Source: Eledone cirrhosa
Lineage: Eukaryota
Assembly: GCA_964016885.1 (NCBI GenBank)
Contig: OZ024743.1
Coordinates: 321,780,001 to 321,844,000 of the forward strand
Reading direction: 5' to 3'
DNA: 64,000 nt
This document shows positions 30,001 to 45,000 of this stretch, piece by piece. Within the stretch, counting starts at the first letter, position 1. Each line of letters opens with the position of its first letter. Made by a program: the position numbers and the translations under genes. Under the pieces are notes generated by a model that searched no databases, had not been told where the DNA came from, and saw only the letters and a program-made list of their open reading frames with translations.

Positions 30001-33000
30001 AGTGGAGCCACACAGCAACATTGTGTTGAAGTGCCGCCACATAGCAACATTGTGTTGAAGTGGAGCCACACAGCAACATTGTGTTGAAGTGGAGACACAC
30101 AGCAACATTGTGTTGAAGTGGAGCCACACAGCAACATTGTGCTGAAGGGGAGCCACACAGCAACATTGTGTTGAGGTGGATCCACACAGCAACATTGTGT
30201 TGAAGTGGACCCACATAGCAACATTGTGTTGAAGGGGAGCCACACAGCAACATTGTGTTGAAGTGGAGCCACACAGCAACATTGTGTTGAAGTGGAGCCA
30301 CACAGCAACATTGTGCTGAAGTGGAACCACACAGCAACATTGTGTTGAAGTGGAGCCACACAGCGACATTGTGTTGGAGTGGACCCACATAGCAACATTG
30401 TGTTGAAGGGGAGCCACACAGCAACATTGTGTTGAAGTGGACCCACATAGCAACATTGTGTTGAAGTGGACCCACATAGCAACATTGTGTTGAAGTGGAG
30501 CCACACAGCAACATTGTGTTGAAGTGGAACCACACAGCAACATTGTGTTGAAGTGGAGCGACACAGCAACATTGTGCTGAAGGCGACCCACACAGCAACA
30601 TTGTGTTGCAGTGGAGACACACAGCAACATTGTGTTGAAGGGGAGCCACACAGCAACATTGTGTTGAAGTGGAGCAACACAGCAACATTGTGTTGAAGTG
30701 GAGCGACACAGCAACATTGTGCTGAAGGGGACCCACACAGCAACATTGTGTTGAAGTGGAGCCACACAGCGACATTGTGTTGAAGTGGAGCCACATAGCA
30801 ACATTGTGTTGAAGTGGAGACACACAGCAACATTGTGTTGAAGTGGAGTCACACAGCAACATTGTGTTGAAGGGGAGACACACAGCAACATTGTGTTGAA
30901 GGGGAGACACACAGCAACATTGTGTTGAAGTGGAGCCACACAGCAACATTGTGTTGAAGTGGAGCCACACAGCAACATTGTGCTGAAGTGGAGCCACACA
31001 GCAACATTGTGTTGAAGTGTAGACACACAGCAACATTGTGTTGAAGTGGAGCTACACAGCAACATTGTGTTGTAGTGGAGCCACACAGCAACATTGTGCT
31101 GAAGTGGAGCCACACAGCAATATTGTGTTGAAGTGGAGCCACACAGCAACATTGTGTTGAAGTGGAGCCACACAGCAACATTGTGCTGAAGTGGAGCCAC
31201 ACAGCAACATTGTGTTGAAGTGGAGCCACACAGCAACAGTGTTCAAGTGGAGCCACACAGCAACAGTGTTCAAGTGGAGCCACACAGCAACATTGTGTTG
31301 AAGTGGAGACACACAGCAACATTGTGTTGAAGTGGTGCCACACAGCAACATTGTGTTGAAGTGAACCCACATAGCAACATTGTGTTGAAGTGGAGACACA
31401 CAGCAACATTGTGTTGAAGTGGAGCCACACAGCAACATTGTGTTTTAGTGGAGCCACACAGCAATATTGTGTTGAATTGGACCCACACAGCAACATTGTG
31501 TTGAAGTGGACCCACACATCAACATTGTGTTGAAGTGGACCCACACAGCAACATTGTGTTGAAGTGGAGCCACACAGCAACATTGTGTTGAAGTGGAGCC
31601 ACACAGCAACATTGTGTTGAAGTGGAGCCACACAGCAACATTGTGTTGAGGTGGAGCCACACAGCAACATTGTGCTGAAGTGGAGTCACACAGCAACATT
31701 GTGTTGAAGTGGAGCCACACAGCAATATTGTGTTGAAGTGGACCCACACAGCAACATTGTGTTGAAGTGGAGCCACACAGCAACATTGTGTTGAAGGGGA
31801 GACACAGCAACATTGTGTTGAAGGGGAGCCACACAGCAACATTGTGTTGAAGTGGAGCCACACAGCAACATTGTGTTGAAGTGGAACCACACAGCAACAT
31901 TGTGTTGAAGTGGACCCACACAGCAACATTGTGTTGAAGTGGAGACACACAGCAACATTGTGTTGAAGTGGAGCAACACAGCAGCATTGTGTTGAAGTGG
32001 AGCGACACAGCAACATTGTGCTGAAGGGGAGCCACACAGCAACATTGTGCTGAAGTGGAGCCACACAGCAACATTGTGTTGAAGTGCCGCCACATAGCAA
32101 CATTGTGTTGAAGTGGAGCCACACAGCAACATTGTGTTGAAGTGGAGACACACAGCAACATTGTGTTGAAGTGGAGCCACACAGCAACATTGTGCTGAAG
32201 GGGAGCCACACAGCAACATTGTGTTGAAGTGGATCCACACAGCAACATCGTGTTGAAGTGGACCCACATAGCAACACTGTGTTGAAGGGGAGCCACACAG
32301 CAACATTGTGTTGAAGTGGAGCCACACAGCAACATTGTGTTGAAGTGGAGCCACACAGCAACATTGTGCTGAAGTGGAACCACACAGCAACATTGTGTTG
32401 AAGTGGAGCCACACAGCAACATTGTGTTGGAGTGGACCCACATAGCAACATTGTGTTGAAGGGGAGCCACACAGCAACATTGTGTTGAAGTGGAGCCACA
32501 CAGCAACATTGTGTTGAAGTGGACCCGCATAGCAACATTGTGTTGAAGTGGACCCACATAGCAACATTGTGTTGAAGTGGAGACACACAGCAACATTGTG
32601 TTGAAGTGGATCCACACAGCAACATTGTGTTGAAGTGGAGCCACACAGCAACATTGTGTTGAAGTGGACCCACGCAGCAACATTGTGTTGAAGTGGAGAC
32701 ACACAGCAACATTGTGTTGAAGTGGAGCCACACAGCAACATTGTGTTGAAGTGGAGCCACACAGCAACATTGTGTTGAAGTGGACCCACACAGCAACATT
32801 GTGTTGAAGTGGAGACACACAGCAACATTGTGTTGAAGTGGAGCTACACAGCAACATTGTGCTGAAGTGGAGCCACACAGCAACATTGTGTTGAAGTGGA
32901 GCCACACAGCAACATTGTGTTGAAGTGGAGCCACACAGCAACATTGTGCTGAAGTGGAGCCACACAGCAACATTGTGTTGAAGTGGAGCCACACAGCAAC

Positions 33001-36000
33001 AGTGTTCAAGTGGAGCCACACAGCAACAGTGTTCAAGTGGAGCCACACAGCAACATTGTGTTGAAGTGGAGACACACAGCAACATTGTGTTGAAGTGGTG
33101 CCACACAGCAACATTGTGTTGAAGTGAACCCACATAGCAACATTGTGTTGAAGTGGAGACACACAGCAACATTGTGTTGAAGTGGAGCCACACAGCAACA
33201 TTGTGTTGAAGTGGAGCGACACAGCAACATTGTGTTGAGGTGGAGCCACACAGCAACATTGTGCTGAAGTGGAGTCACACAGCAACATTGTGTTGAAGTG
33301 GAGCCACACAGCAATATTGTGTTGAAGTGGACCCACACAGCAACATTGTGTTGAAGTGGAGCCACACAGCAACATTGTGTTGAAGGGGAGACACAGCAAC
33401 ATTGTGTTGAAGTGGAGCCAGACAGCAACATTGTGTTGAAGTGGAGCCACACAGCAACATTGTGTTGAAGTGGAGCCACACAGCAACATTGTGTTGAAGT
33501 GGACCCACACAGCAACATTGTGTTGAAGTGGAGACACACAGCAACATTGTGTTGAAGTGGAGCAACACAGCAGCATTGTGTTGAAGTGGAGCGACACAGC
33601 AACATTGTGCTGAAGGGGAGCCACACAGCAACATTGTGCTGAAGTGGAGCCACACAGCAACATTGTGTTGAAGTGCCGCCACATAGCAACATTGTGTTGA
33701 AGTGGAGCCACACAGCAACATTGTGTTGAAGTGGAGACACACAGCAACATTGTGTTGAAGTGGAGCCACACAGCAACATTGTGCTGAAGGGGAGCCACAC
33801 AGCAACATTGTGTTGAGGTGGATCCACACAGCAACATTGTGTTGAAGTGGACCCACATAGCAACATTGTGTTGAAGGGGAGCCACACAGCAACATTGTGT
33901 TGAAGTGGAGCCACACAGCAACATTGTGTTGAAGTGGAGCCACACAGCAACATTGTGCTGAAGTGGAGCCACACAGCAACATTGTGCTGAAGTGGAGCCA
34001 CACAGCGACATTGTGTTGGAGTGGACCCACATAGCAACATTGTGTTGAAGGGGAGCCACACAGCAACATTGTGTTGAAGTGGACCCACATAGCAACATTG
34101 TGTTGAAGTGGACCCACATAGCAACATTGTGTTGAAGTGGAGCCACACAGCAACATTGTGTTGAAGTGGAACCACACAGCAACATTGTGTTGAAGTGGAG
34201 CGACACAGCAACATTGTGCTGAAGGCGACCCACACAGCAACATTGTGTTGCAGTGGAGACACACAGCAACATTGTGTTGAAGGGGAGCCACACAGCAACA
34301 TTGTGTTGAAGTGGAGCAACACAGCAACATTGTGTTGAAGTGGAGCGACACAGCAACATTGTGCTGAAGGGGACCCACACAGCAACATTGTGTTGAAGTG
34401 GAGCCACACAGCGACATTGTGTTGAAGTGGAGCCACATAGCAACATTGTGTTGAAGTGGAGACACACAGCAACATTGTGTTGAAGTGGAGTCACACAGCA
34501 ACATTGTGCTGAAGGGGAGACACACAGCAACATTGTGTTGAAGGGGAGACACACAGCAACATTGTGTTGAAGTGGAGCCACACAGCAACATTGTGTTGAA
34601 GTGGAGCCACACAGCAACATTGTGCTGAAGTGGAGCCACACAGCAACATTGTGTTGAAGTGTAGACACACAGCAACATTGTGTTGAAGTGGAGCTACACA
34701 GCAACATTGTGTTGTAGTGGAGCCACACAGCAACATTGTGCTGAAGTGGAGCCACACAGCAACATTGTGTTGAAGTGGAGCCACACAGCAACATTGTGTT
34801 GAAGTGGAGCCACACAGCAACATTGTGCTGAAGTGGAGCCACACAGCAACATTGTGTTGAAGTGGAGCCACACAGCAACAGTGTTCAAGTGGAGCCACAC
34901 AGCAACAGTGTTCAAGTGGAGCCACATAGCAACATTGTGTTGAAGTGGAGACACACAGCAACATTGTGTTGAAGTGGAGCCACACAGCAACATTGTGTTT
35001 TAGTGGAGCCACACAGCAATATTGTGTTGAATTGGACCCACACAGTAACATTGTGTTGAAGTGGACCCACACATCAACATTGTGTTGAAGTGGACCCACA
35101 CAGCAACATTGTGTTGAAGTGGAGCCACACAGCAACATTGTGTTGAAGTGGAGCCACACAGCAACATTGTGTTGAAGTGGAGCCACACAGCAACATTGTG
35201 TTGAGGTGGAGCCACACAGCAACATTGTGCTGAAGTGGAGTCACACAGCAACATTGTGTTGAAGTGGAGCCACACAGCAATATTGTGTTGAAGTGGACCC
35301 ACACAGCAACATTGTGTTGAAGTGGAGCCACACAGCAACATTGTGTTGAAGGGGAGACACAGCAACATTGTGTTGAAGGGGAGCCACACAGCAACATTGT
35401 GTTGAAGTGGAGCCACACAGCAACATTGTGTTGAAGTGGAGCCACACAGCAACATTGTGTTGAAGTGGACCCACACAGCAACATTGTGCTGAAGTGGAGA
35501 CACACAGCAACATTGTGTTGAAGTGGAGCAACACTGCAGCATTGTGTTGAAGTGGAGCGACACAGCAACATTGTGCTGAAGGGGAGCCACACAGCAACAT
35601 TGTGCTGAAGTGGAGCCACACAGCAACATTGTGTTGAAGTGCCGCCACATAGCAACATTGTGTTGAAGTGGAGCCACACAGCAACATTGTGTTGAAGTGG
35701 AGACACACAGCAACATTGTGTTGAAGTGGAGCCACACAGCAACATTGTGCTGAAGGAGAGCCACACAGCAACGTTGTGTTGAAGTGGATCCACACAGCAA
35801 CATCGTGTTGAAGTGGACCCACATAGCAACATTGTGTTGAAGGGGAGCCACACAGCAACATTGTGTTGAAGTGGAGCCACACAGCAACATTGTGTTGAAG
35901 TGGAGCCACACAGCAACATTGTGCTGAAGTGGAACCACACAGCAACATTGTGTTGAAGTGGAACCACACAGCAACATTGTGTTGAAGTGGAGCCACACAG

Positions 36001-39000
36001 CGACATTGTGTTGGAGTGGACCCACATAGCAACATTGTGTTGAAGGGGAGCCACACAGCAACATTGTGTTGAAGTGGACCCACATAGCAACATTGTGTTG
36101 AAGTGGACCCACATAGCAACATTGTGTTGAAGTGGAGCCACACAGCAACATTGTGTTGAAGTGGAACCACACAGCAACATTGTGTTGAAGTGGAGCGACA
36201 CAGCAACATTGTGCTGAAGGCGACCCACACAGCAACATTGTGTTGCAGTGGAGACACACAGCAACATTGTGTTGAAGGGGAGCCACACAGCAACATTGTG
36301 TTGAAGTGGAGCAACACAGCAACATTGTGTTGAAGTGGAGCGACACAGCAACATTGTGCTGAAGGGGACCCACACAGCAACATTGTGTTGAAGTGGAGCC
36401 ACACAGCGACATTGTGTTGAAGTGGAGCCACATAGCAACATTGTGTTGAAGTGGAGACACACAGCAACATTGTGTTGAAGTGGAGTCACACAGCAACATT
36501 GTGCTGAAGGGGAGACACACAGCAACATTGTGTTGAAGGGGAGACACACAGCAACATTGTGTTGAAGTGGAGCCACACAGCAACATTGTGTTGAAGTGGA
36601 GCCACACAGCAACATTGTGCTGAAGTGGAGCCACACAGCAACATTGTGTTGAAGTGTAGACACACAGCAACATTGTGTTGAAGTGGAGCTACACAGCAAC
36701 ATTGTGTTGTAGTGGAGCCACACAGCAACATTGTGCTGAAGTGGAGCCACACAGCAACATTGTGTTGAAGTGGAGCCACACAGCAACATTGTGTTGAAGT
36801 GGAGCCACACAGCAACATTGTGCTGAAGTGGAGCCACACAGCAACATTGTGTTGAAGTGGAGCCACACAGCAACAGTGTTCAAGTGGAGCCACACAGCAA
36901 CAGTGTTCAAGTGGAGCCACATAGCAACATTGTGTTGAAGTGGAGACACACAGCAACATTGTGTTGAAGTGGAGCCACACAGCAACATTGTGTTTTAGTG
37001 GAGCCACACAGCAATATTGTGTTGAATTGGACCCACACAGCAACATTGTGTTGAAGTGGACCCACACATCAACATTGTGTTGAAGTGGACCCACACAGCA
37101 ACATTGTGTTGAAGTGGAGCCACACAGCAACATTGTGTTGAAGTGGAGCCACACAGCAACATTGTGTTGAAGTGGAGCCACACAGCAACATTGTGTTGAG
37201 GTGGAGCCACACAGCAACATTGTGCTGAAGTGGAGTCACACAGCAACATTGTGTTGAAGTGGAGCCACACAGCAATATTGTGTTGAAGTGGACCCACACA
37301 GCAACATTGTGTTGAAGTGGAGCCACACAGCAACATTGTGTTGAAGGGGAGACACAGCAACATTGTGTTGAAGGGGAGCCACACAGCAACATTGTGTTGA
37401 AGTGGAGCCACACAGCAACATTGTGTTGAAGTGGAGCCACACAGCAACATTGTGTTGAAGTGGACCCACACAGCAACATTGTGCTGAAGTGGAGACACAC
37501 AGCAACATTGTGTTGAAGTGGAGCAACACTGCAGCATTGTGTTGAAGTGGAGCGACACAGCAACATTGTGCTGAAGGGGAGCCACACAGCAACATTGTGC
37601 TGAAGTGGAGCCACACAGCAACATTGTGTTGAAGTGCCGCCACATAGCAACATTGTGTTGAAGTGGAGCCACACAGCAACATTGTGTTGAAGTGGAGACA
37701 CACAGCAACATTGTGTTGAAGTGGAGCCACACAGCAACATTGTGCTGAAGGAGAGCCACACAGCAACGTTGTGTTGAAGTGGATCCACACAGCAACATCG
37801 TGTTGAAGTGGACCCACATAGCAACATTGTGTTGAAGGGGAGCCACACAGCAACATTGTGTTGAAGTGGAGCCACACAGCAACATTGTGTTGAAGTGGAG
37901 CCACACAGCAACATTGTGCTGAAGTGGAACCACACAGCAACATTGTGTTGAAGTGGAGCCACACAGCAACATTGTGTTGGAGTGGACCCACATAGCAACA
38001 TTGTGTTGAAGGGGAGCCACACAGCAACATTGTGTTGAAGTGGAGCCACACAGCAACATTGTGTTGAAGTGGACCCGCATAGCAACATTGTGTTGAAGTG
38101 GAGCCACACAGCAACATTGTGTTGAAGTGGAGACACACAGCAACATTGTGTTGAAGTGGAGCTACACAGCAACATTGTGCTGAAGTGGAGCCACACAGCA
38201 ACATTGTGTTGAAGTGGAGCCACACAGCAACATTGTGTTGAAGTGGAGCCACACAGCAACATTGTGCTGAAGTGGAGCTACACAGCAACATTGTGTTGAA
38301 GTGGAGCCACACAGCAACAGTGTTCAAGTGGAGCCACACAGCAACAGTGTTCAAGTGGAGCCACACAGCAACATTGTGTTGAAGTGGAGACACACAGCAA
38401 CATTGTGTTGAAGTGGTGCCACACAGCAACATTGTGTTGAAGTGAACCCACATAGCAACATTGTGTTGAAGTGGAGACACACAGCAACATTGTGTTGAAG
38501 TGGAGCCACACAGCAACATTGTGTTGAAGTGGAGCCACACAGCAACATTGTGTTGAGGTGGAGCCACACAGCAACATTGTGCTGAAGTGGAGTCACACAG
38601 CAACATTGTGTTGAAGTGGAGCCACACAGCAATATTGTGTTGAAGTGGACCCACACAGCAACATTGTGTTGAAGTGGAGCCACACAGCAGCATTGTGTTG
38701 AAGGGGAGACACACAGCAACATTGTGTTGAAGTGGAGCCAGACAGCAACATTGTGTTGAAGTGGAGCCACACAGCAACATTGTGTTGAAGTGGAGCCACA
38801 CAGCAACATTGTGTTGAAGTGGACCCACACAGCAACATTGTGTTGAAGTGGAGACACACAGCAACATTGTGTTGAAGTGGAGCAACACAGCAGCATTGTG
38901 TTGAAGTGGAGCGACACAGCAACATTGTGCTGAAGGGGAGCCACACAGCAACATTGTGCTGAAGTGGAGCCACACAGCAACAGTGTGTTGAAGTGCCGCC

Positions 39001-42000
39001 ACATAGCAACATTGTGTTGAAGTGGAGCCACACAGCAACATTGTGTTGAAGTGGAGACACACAGCAACATTGTGTTGAAGTGGAGCCACACAGCAACATT
39101 GTGCTGAAGGGGAGCCACACAGCAACATTGTGTTGAGGTGGATCCACACAGCAACATTGTGTTGAAGTGGACCCACATAGCAACATTGTGTTGAAGGGGA
39201 GCCACACAGCAACATTGTGTTGAAGTGGAGCCACACAGCAACATTGTGTTGAAGTGGAGCCACACAGCAACATTGTGCTGAAGTGGAACCACACAGCAAC
39301 ATTGTGTTGAAGTGGAGCCACACAGCGACATTGTGTTGGAGTGGACCCACATAGCAACACTGTGTTGAAGGGGAGCCACACAGCAACATTGTGTTGAAGT
39401 GGACCCACATAGCAACATTGTGTTGAAGTGGACCCACATAGCAACATTGTGTTGAAGTGGAGACACACAGCAACATTGTGTTGAAGTGGATCCACACAGC
39501 AACATTGTGTTGAAGTGGATCCACACAGCAACATTGTGTTGAAGTGGACCCACGCAGCAACATTGTGTTGAAGTGGAGACACACAGCAACATTATGTTGA
39601 AGTGGAGCCACACAGCAACATTGTGTTGAAGTGGAGCCACACAGCAACATTGTGCTGAAGTGGAGCCACACAGCAACATTGTGTTGAAGTGGAGCCACAC
39701 AGCAACATTGTGTTGGAGTGGAGCCACATAGCAACATTGTGTTGAAGGGGAGCCACACAGCAACATTGTGTTGAAGTGGAGCCACACAGCAACATTGTGC
39801 TGAAGTGGAACCACACAGCAACATTGTGTTGAAGTGGAGCCACACAGCAACATTGTGTTGGAGTGGAGCCACATAGCAACATTGTGTTGAAGGGGAGCCA
39901 CACAGCAACATTGTGTTGAAGTGTAGCCACACAGCAACATTGTGTTGAAGTGGAGCCACACAGCAACATTGTGTTGAAGTGGAACCACACAGCAACATTG
40001 TGTTGAAGTGGAGCGACACAGCAACATTGTGCTGAAGGCGACCCACACAGCAACATTGTGTTGCAGTGGAGATACACAGCAACATTGTGTTGAAGGGGAG
40101 CCACACAGCAACATTGTGTTGAAGTGGAGCAACACAGCAACATTGTGTTGAAGTGGAGCGACACAGCAACATTGTGCTGAAGGGGACCCACACAGCAACA
40201 TTGTGTTGAAGTGGAGCCACACAGCGACATTGTGTTGAAGTGGAGCCACATAGCAACATTGTGTTGAAGTGGAGACACACAGCAACATTGTGTTGAAGTG
40301 GAGTCACACAGCAACATTGTGCTGAAGGGGAGACACACAGCAACATTGTGTTGAAGGGGAGACACACAGCAACATTGTGTTGAAGTGGAGCCACACAGCA
40401 ACATTGTGTTGAAGTGGAGCCACACAGCAACATTGTGCTGAAGTGGAGCCACACAGCAACATTGTGTTGAAGTGTAGACACACAGCAACATTGTGTTGAA
40501 GTGGAGCTACACAGCAACATTGTGTTGAAGTGGAGCCACACAGCAACATTGTGCTGAAGTGGAGCCACACAGCAACATTGTGTTGAAGTGGAGCCACACA
40601 GCAACATTGTGCTGAAGTGGAGCCACACAGCAACATTGTGTTGAAGTGGAGCCACACAGCAACAGTGTTCAAGTGGAGCCACACAGCAACAGTGTTCAAG
40701 TGGAGCCACACAGCAACATTGTGTTGAAGTGGAGACACACAGCAACATTGTGTTGAAGTGGTGCCACACAGCAACATTGTGTTGAAGTGAACCCACATAG
40801 CAACATTGTGTTGAAGTGGTGACACACAGCAACATTGTGTTGAAGTGGAGCCACACAGCAACATTGTGTTGAAGTGGAGCCACACAGCAATATTGTGTTG
40901 AAGTGGACCCACACAGCAACATTGTGTTGAAGTGGACCCACACATCAACATTGTGTTGAAGTGGACCCACACAGCAACATTGTGTTGAAGTGGAGCCACA
41001 CAGCAACATTGTGTTGAAGTGGAGCCACACAGCAACATTGTGTTGAAGTGGAGCCACACAGCAACATTGTGTTGAGGTGGAGCCACACAGCAACATTGTG
41101 CTGAAGTGGAGTCCCACAGCAACATTGTGTTGAAGTGGAGCCACACAGCAATATTGTGTTGAAGTGGACCCACACAGCAACATTGTGTTGAAGTGGAGCA
41201 ACACAGCAGCATTGTGTTGAAGTGGAGCGACACAGCAACATTGTGCTGAAGGGGAGCCACACAGCAACATTGTGCTGAAGTGGAGCCACACAGCAACATT
41301 GTGTTGAAGTGCCGCCACATAGCAACATTGTGTTGAAGTGGAGCCACACAGCAACATTGTGTTGAAGTGGAGACACACAGCAACATTGTGTTGAAGTGGA
41401 GCCACACAGCAACATTGTGCTGAAGGGGAGCCACACAGCAACATTGTGTTGAGGTGGATCCACACAGCAACATTGTGTTGAAGTGGACCCACATAGCAAC
41501 ATTGTGTTGAAGGGGAGCCACACAGCAACATTGTGTTGAAGTGGAGCCACACAGCAACATTGTGTTGAAGTGGAGCCACACAGCAACATTGTGCTGAAGT
41601 GGAACCACACAGCAACATTGTGTTGAAGTGGAGCCACACAGCGACATTGTGTTGGAGTGGACCCACATAGCAACATTGTGTTGAAGGGGAGCCACACAGC
41701 AACATTGTGTTGAAGTGGACCCACATAGCAACATTGTGTTGAAGTGGACCCACATAGCAACATTGTGTTGAAGTGGAGCCACACAGCAACATTGTGTTGA
41801 AGTGGAACCACACAGCAACATTGTGTTGAAGTGGAGCGACACAGCAACATTGTGCTGAAGGCGACCCACACAGCAACATTGTGTTGCAGTGGAGACACAC
41901 AGCAACATTGTGTTGAAGGGGAGCCACACAGCAACATTGTGTTGAAGTGGAGCAACACAGCAACATTGTGTTGAAGTGGAGCGACACAGCAACATTGTGC

Positions 42001-45000
42001 TGAAGGGGACCCACACAGCAACATTGTGTTGAAGTGGAGCCACACAGCGACATTGTGTTGAAGTGGAGCCACATAGCAACATTGTGTTGAAGTGGAGACA
42101 CACAGCAACATTGTGTTGAAGTGGAGTCACACAGCAACATTGTGTTGAAGGGGAGACACACAGCAACATTGTGTTGAAGGGGAGACACACAGCAACATTG
42201 TGTTGAAGTGGAGCCACACAGCAACATTGTGTTGAAGTGGAGCCACACAGCAACATTGTGCTGAAGTGGAGCCACACAGCAACATTGTGTTGAAGTGTAG
42301 ACACACAGCAACATTGTGTTGAAGTGGAGCTACACAGCAACATTGTGTTGTAGTGGAGCCACACAGCAACATTGTGCTGAAGTGGAGCCACACAGCAACA
42401 TTGTGTTGAAGTGGAGCCACACAGCAACATTGTGTTGAAGTGGAGCCACACAGCAACATTGTGCTGAAGTGGAGCCACACAGCAACATTGTGTTGAAGTG
42501 GAGCCACACAGCAACAGTGTTCAAGTGGAGCCACACAGCAACAGTGTTCAAGTGGAGCCACATAGCAACATTGTGTTGAAGTGGAGACACACAGCAACAT
42601 TGTGTTGAAGTGGAGCCACACAGCAACATTGTGTTTTAGTGGAGCCACACAGCAATATTGTGTTGAATTGGACCCACACAGCAACATTGTGTTGAAGTGG
42701 ACCCACACATCAACATTGTGTTGAAGTGGACCCACACAGCAACATTGTGTTGAAGTGGAGCCACACAGCAACATTGTGTTGAAGTGGAGCCACACAGCAA
42801 CATTGTGTTGAAGTGGAGCCACACAGCAACATTGTGTTGAGGTGGAGCCACACAGCAACATTGTGCTGAAGTGGAGTCACACAGCAACATTGTGTTGAAG
42901 TGGAGCCACACAGCAATATTGTGTTGAAGTGGACCCACACAGCAACATTGTGTTGAAGTGGAGCCACACAGCAACATTGTGTTGAAGGGGAGACACAGCA
43001 ACATTGTGTTGAAGGGGAGCCACACAGCAACATTGTGTTGAAGTGGAGCCACACAGCAACATTGTGTTGAAGTGGAGCCACACAGCAACATTGTGTTGAA
43101 GTGGACCCACACAGCAACATTGTGCTGAAGTGGAGACACACAGCAACATTGTGTTGAAGTGGAGCAACACTGCAGCATTGTGTTGAAGTGGAGCGACACA
43201 GCAACATTGTGCTGAAGGGGAGCCACACAGCAACATTGTGCTGAAGTGGAGCCACACAGCAACATTGTGTTGAAGTGCCACCACATAGCAACATTGTGTT
43301 GAAGTGGAGCCACACAGCAACATTGTGTTGAAGTGGAGACACACAGCAACATTGTGTTGAAGTGGAGCCACACAGCAACATTGTGCTGAAGGAGAGCCAC
43401 ACAGCAACGTTGTGTTGAAGTGGATCCACACAGCAACATCGTGTTGAAGTGGACCCACATAGCAACATTGTGTTGAAGGGGAGCCACACAGCAACATTGT
43501 GTTGAAGTGGAGCCACACAGCAACATTGTGTTGAAGTGGAGCCACACAGCAACATTGTGCTGAAGTGGAACCACACAGCAACATTGTGTTGAAGTGGAGC
43601 CACACAGCAACATTGTGTTGGAGTGGACCCACATAGCAACATTGTGTTGAAGGGGAGCCACACAGCAACATTGTGTTGAAGTGGAGCCACACAGCAACAT
43701 TGTGTTGAAGTGGACCCGCATAGCAACATTGTGTTGAAGTGGACCCACATAGCAACATTGTGTTGAAGTGGAGACACACAGCAACATTGTGTTGAAGTGG
43801 ATCCACACAGCAACATTGTGTTGAAGTGGAGCCACACAGCAACATTGTGTTGAAGTGGACCCACGCAGCAACATTGTGTTGAAGTGGAGACACACAGCAA
43901 CATTGTGTTGAAGTGGAGCCACACAGCAACATTGTGTTGAAGTGGAGCCACACAGCAACATTGTGTTGAAGTGGACCCACACAGCAACATTGTGTTGAAG
44001 TGGAGACACACAGCAACATTGTGTTGAAGTGGAGCTACACAGCAACATTGTGCTGAAGTGGAGCCACACAGCAACATTGTGTTGAAGTGGAGCCACACAG
44101 CAACATTGTGTTGAAGTGGAGCCACACAGCAACATTGTGCTGAAGTGGAACCACACAGCAACATTGTGTTGAAGTGGAGCCACACAGCAACAGTGTTCAA
44201 GTGGAGCCACACAGCAACAGTGTTCAAGTGGAGCCACACAGCAACATTGTGTTGAAGTGGTGCCACACAGCAACATTGTGTTGAAGTGAACCCACATAGC
44301 AACATTGTGTTGAAGTGGAGACACACAGCAACATTGTGTTGAAGTGGAGCCACACAGCAACATTGTGTTGAAGTGGAGCCACACAGCAACATTGTGTTGA
44401 GGTGGAGCCACACAGCAACATTGTGCTGAAGTGGAGTCACACAGCAACATTGTGTTGAAGTGGAGCCACACAGCAATATTGTGTTGAAGTGGACCCACAC
44501 AGCAACATTGTGTTGAAGTGGAGCCACACAGCAGCATTGTGTTGAAGGGGAGACACACAGCAACATTGTGTTGAAGTGGAGCCAGACAGCAACATTGTGT
44601 TGAAGTGGAGCCACACAGCAACATTGTGTTGAAGTGGAGCCACACAGCAACATTGTGTTGAAGTGGACCCACACAGCAACATTGTGTTGAAGTGGAGACA
44701 CACAGCAACATTGTGTTGAAGTGGAGCAACACAGCAGCATTGTGTTGAAGTGGAGCGACACAGCAACATTGTGCTGAAGGGGAGCCACACAGCAACATTG
44801 TGCTGAAGTGGAGCCACACAGCAACAGTGTGTTGAAGTGCCGCCACATAGCAACATTGTGTTGAAGTGGAGCCACACAGCAACATTGTGTTGAAGTGGAG
44901 ACACACAGCAACATTGTGTTGAAGTGGAGCCACACAGCAACATTGTGCTGAAGGGGAGCCACACAGCAACATTGTGTTGAGGTGGATCCACACAGCAACA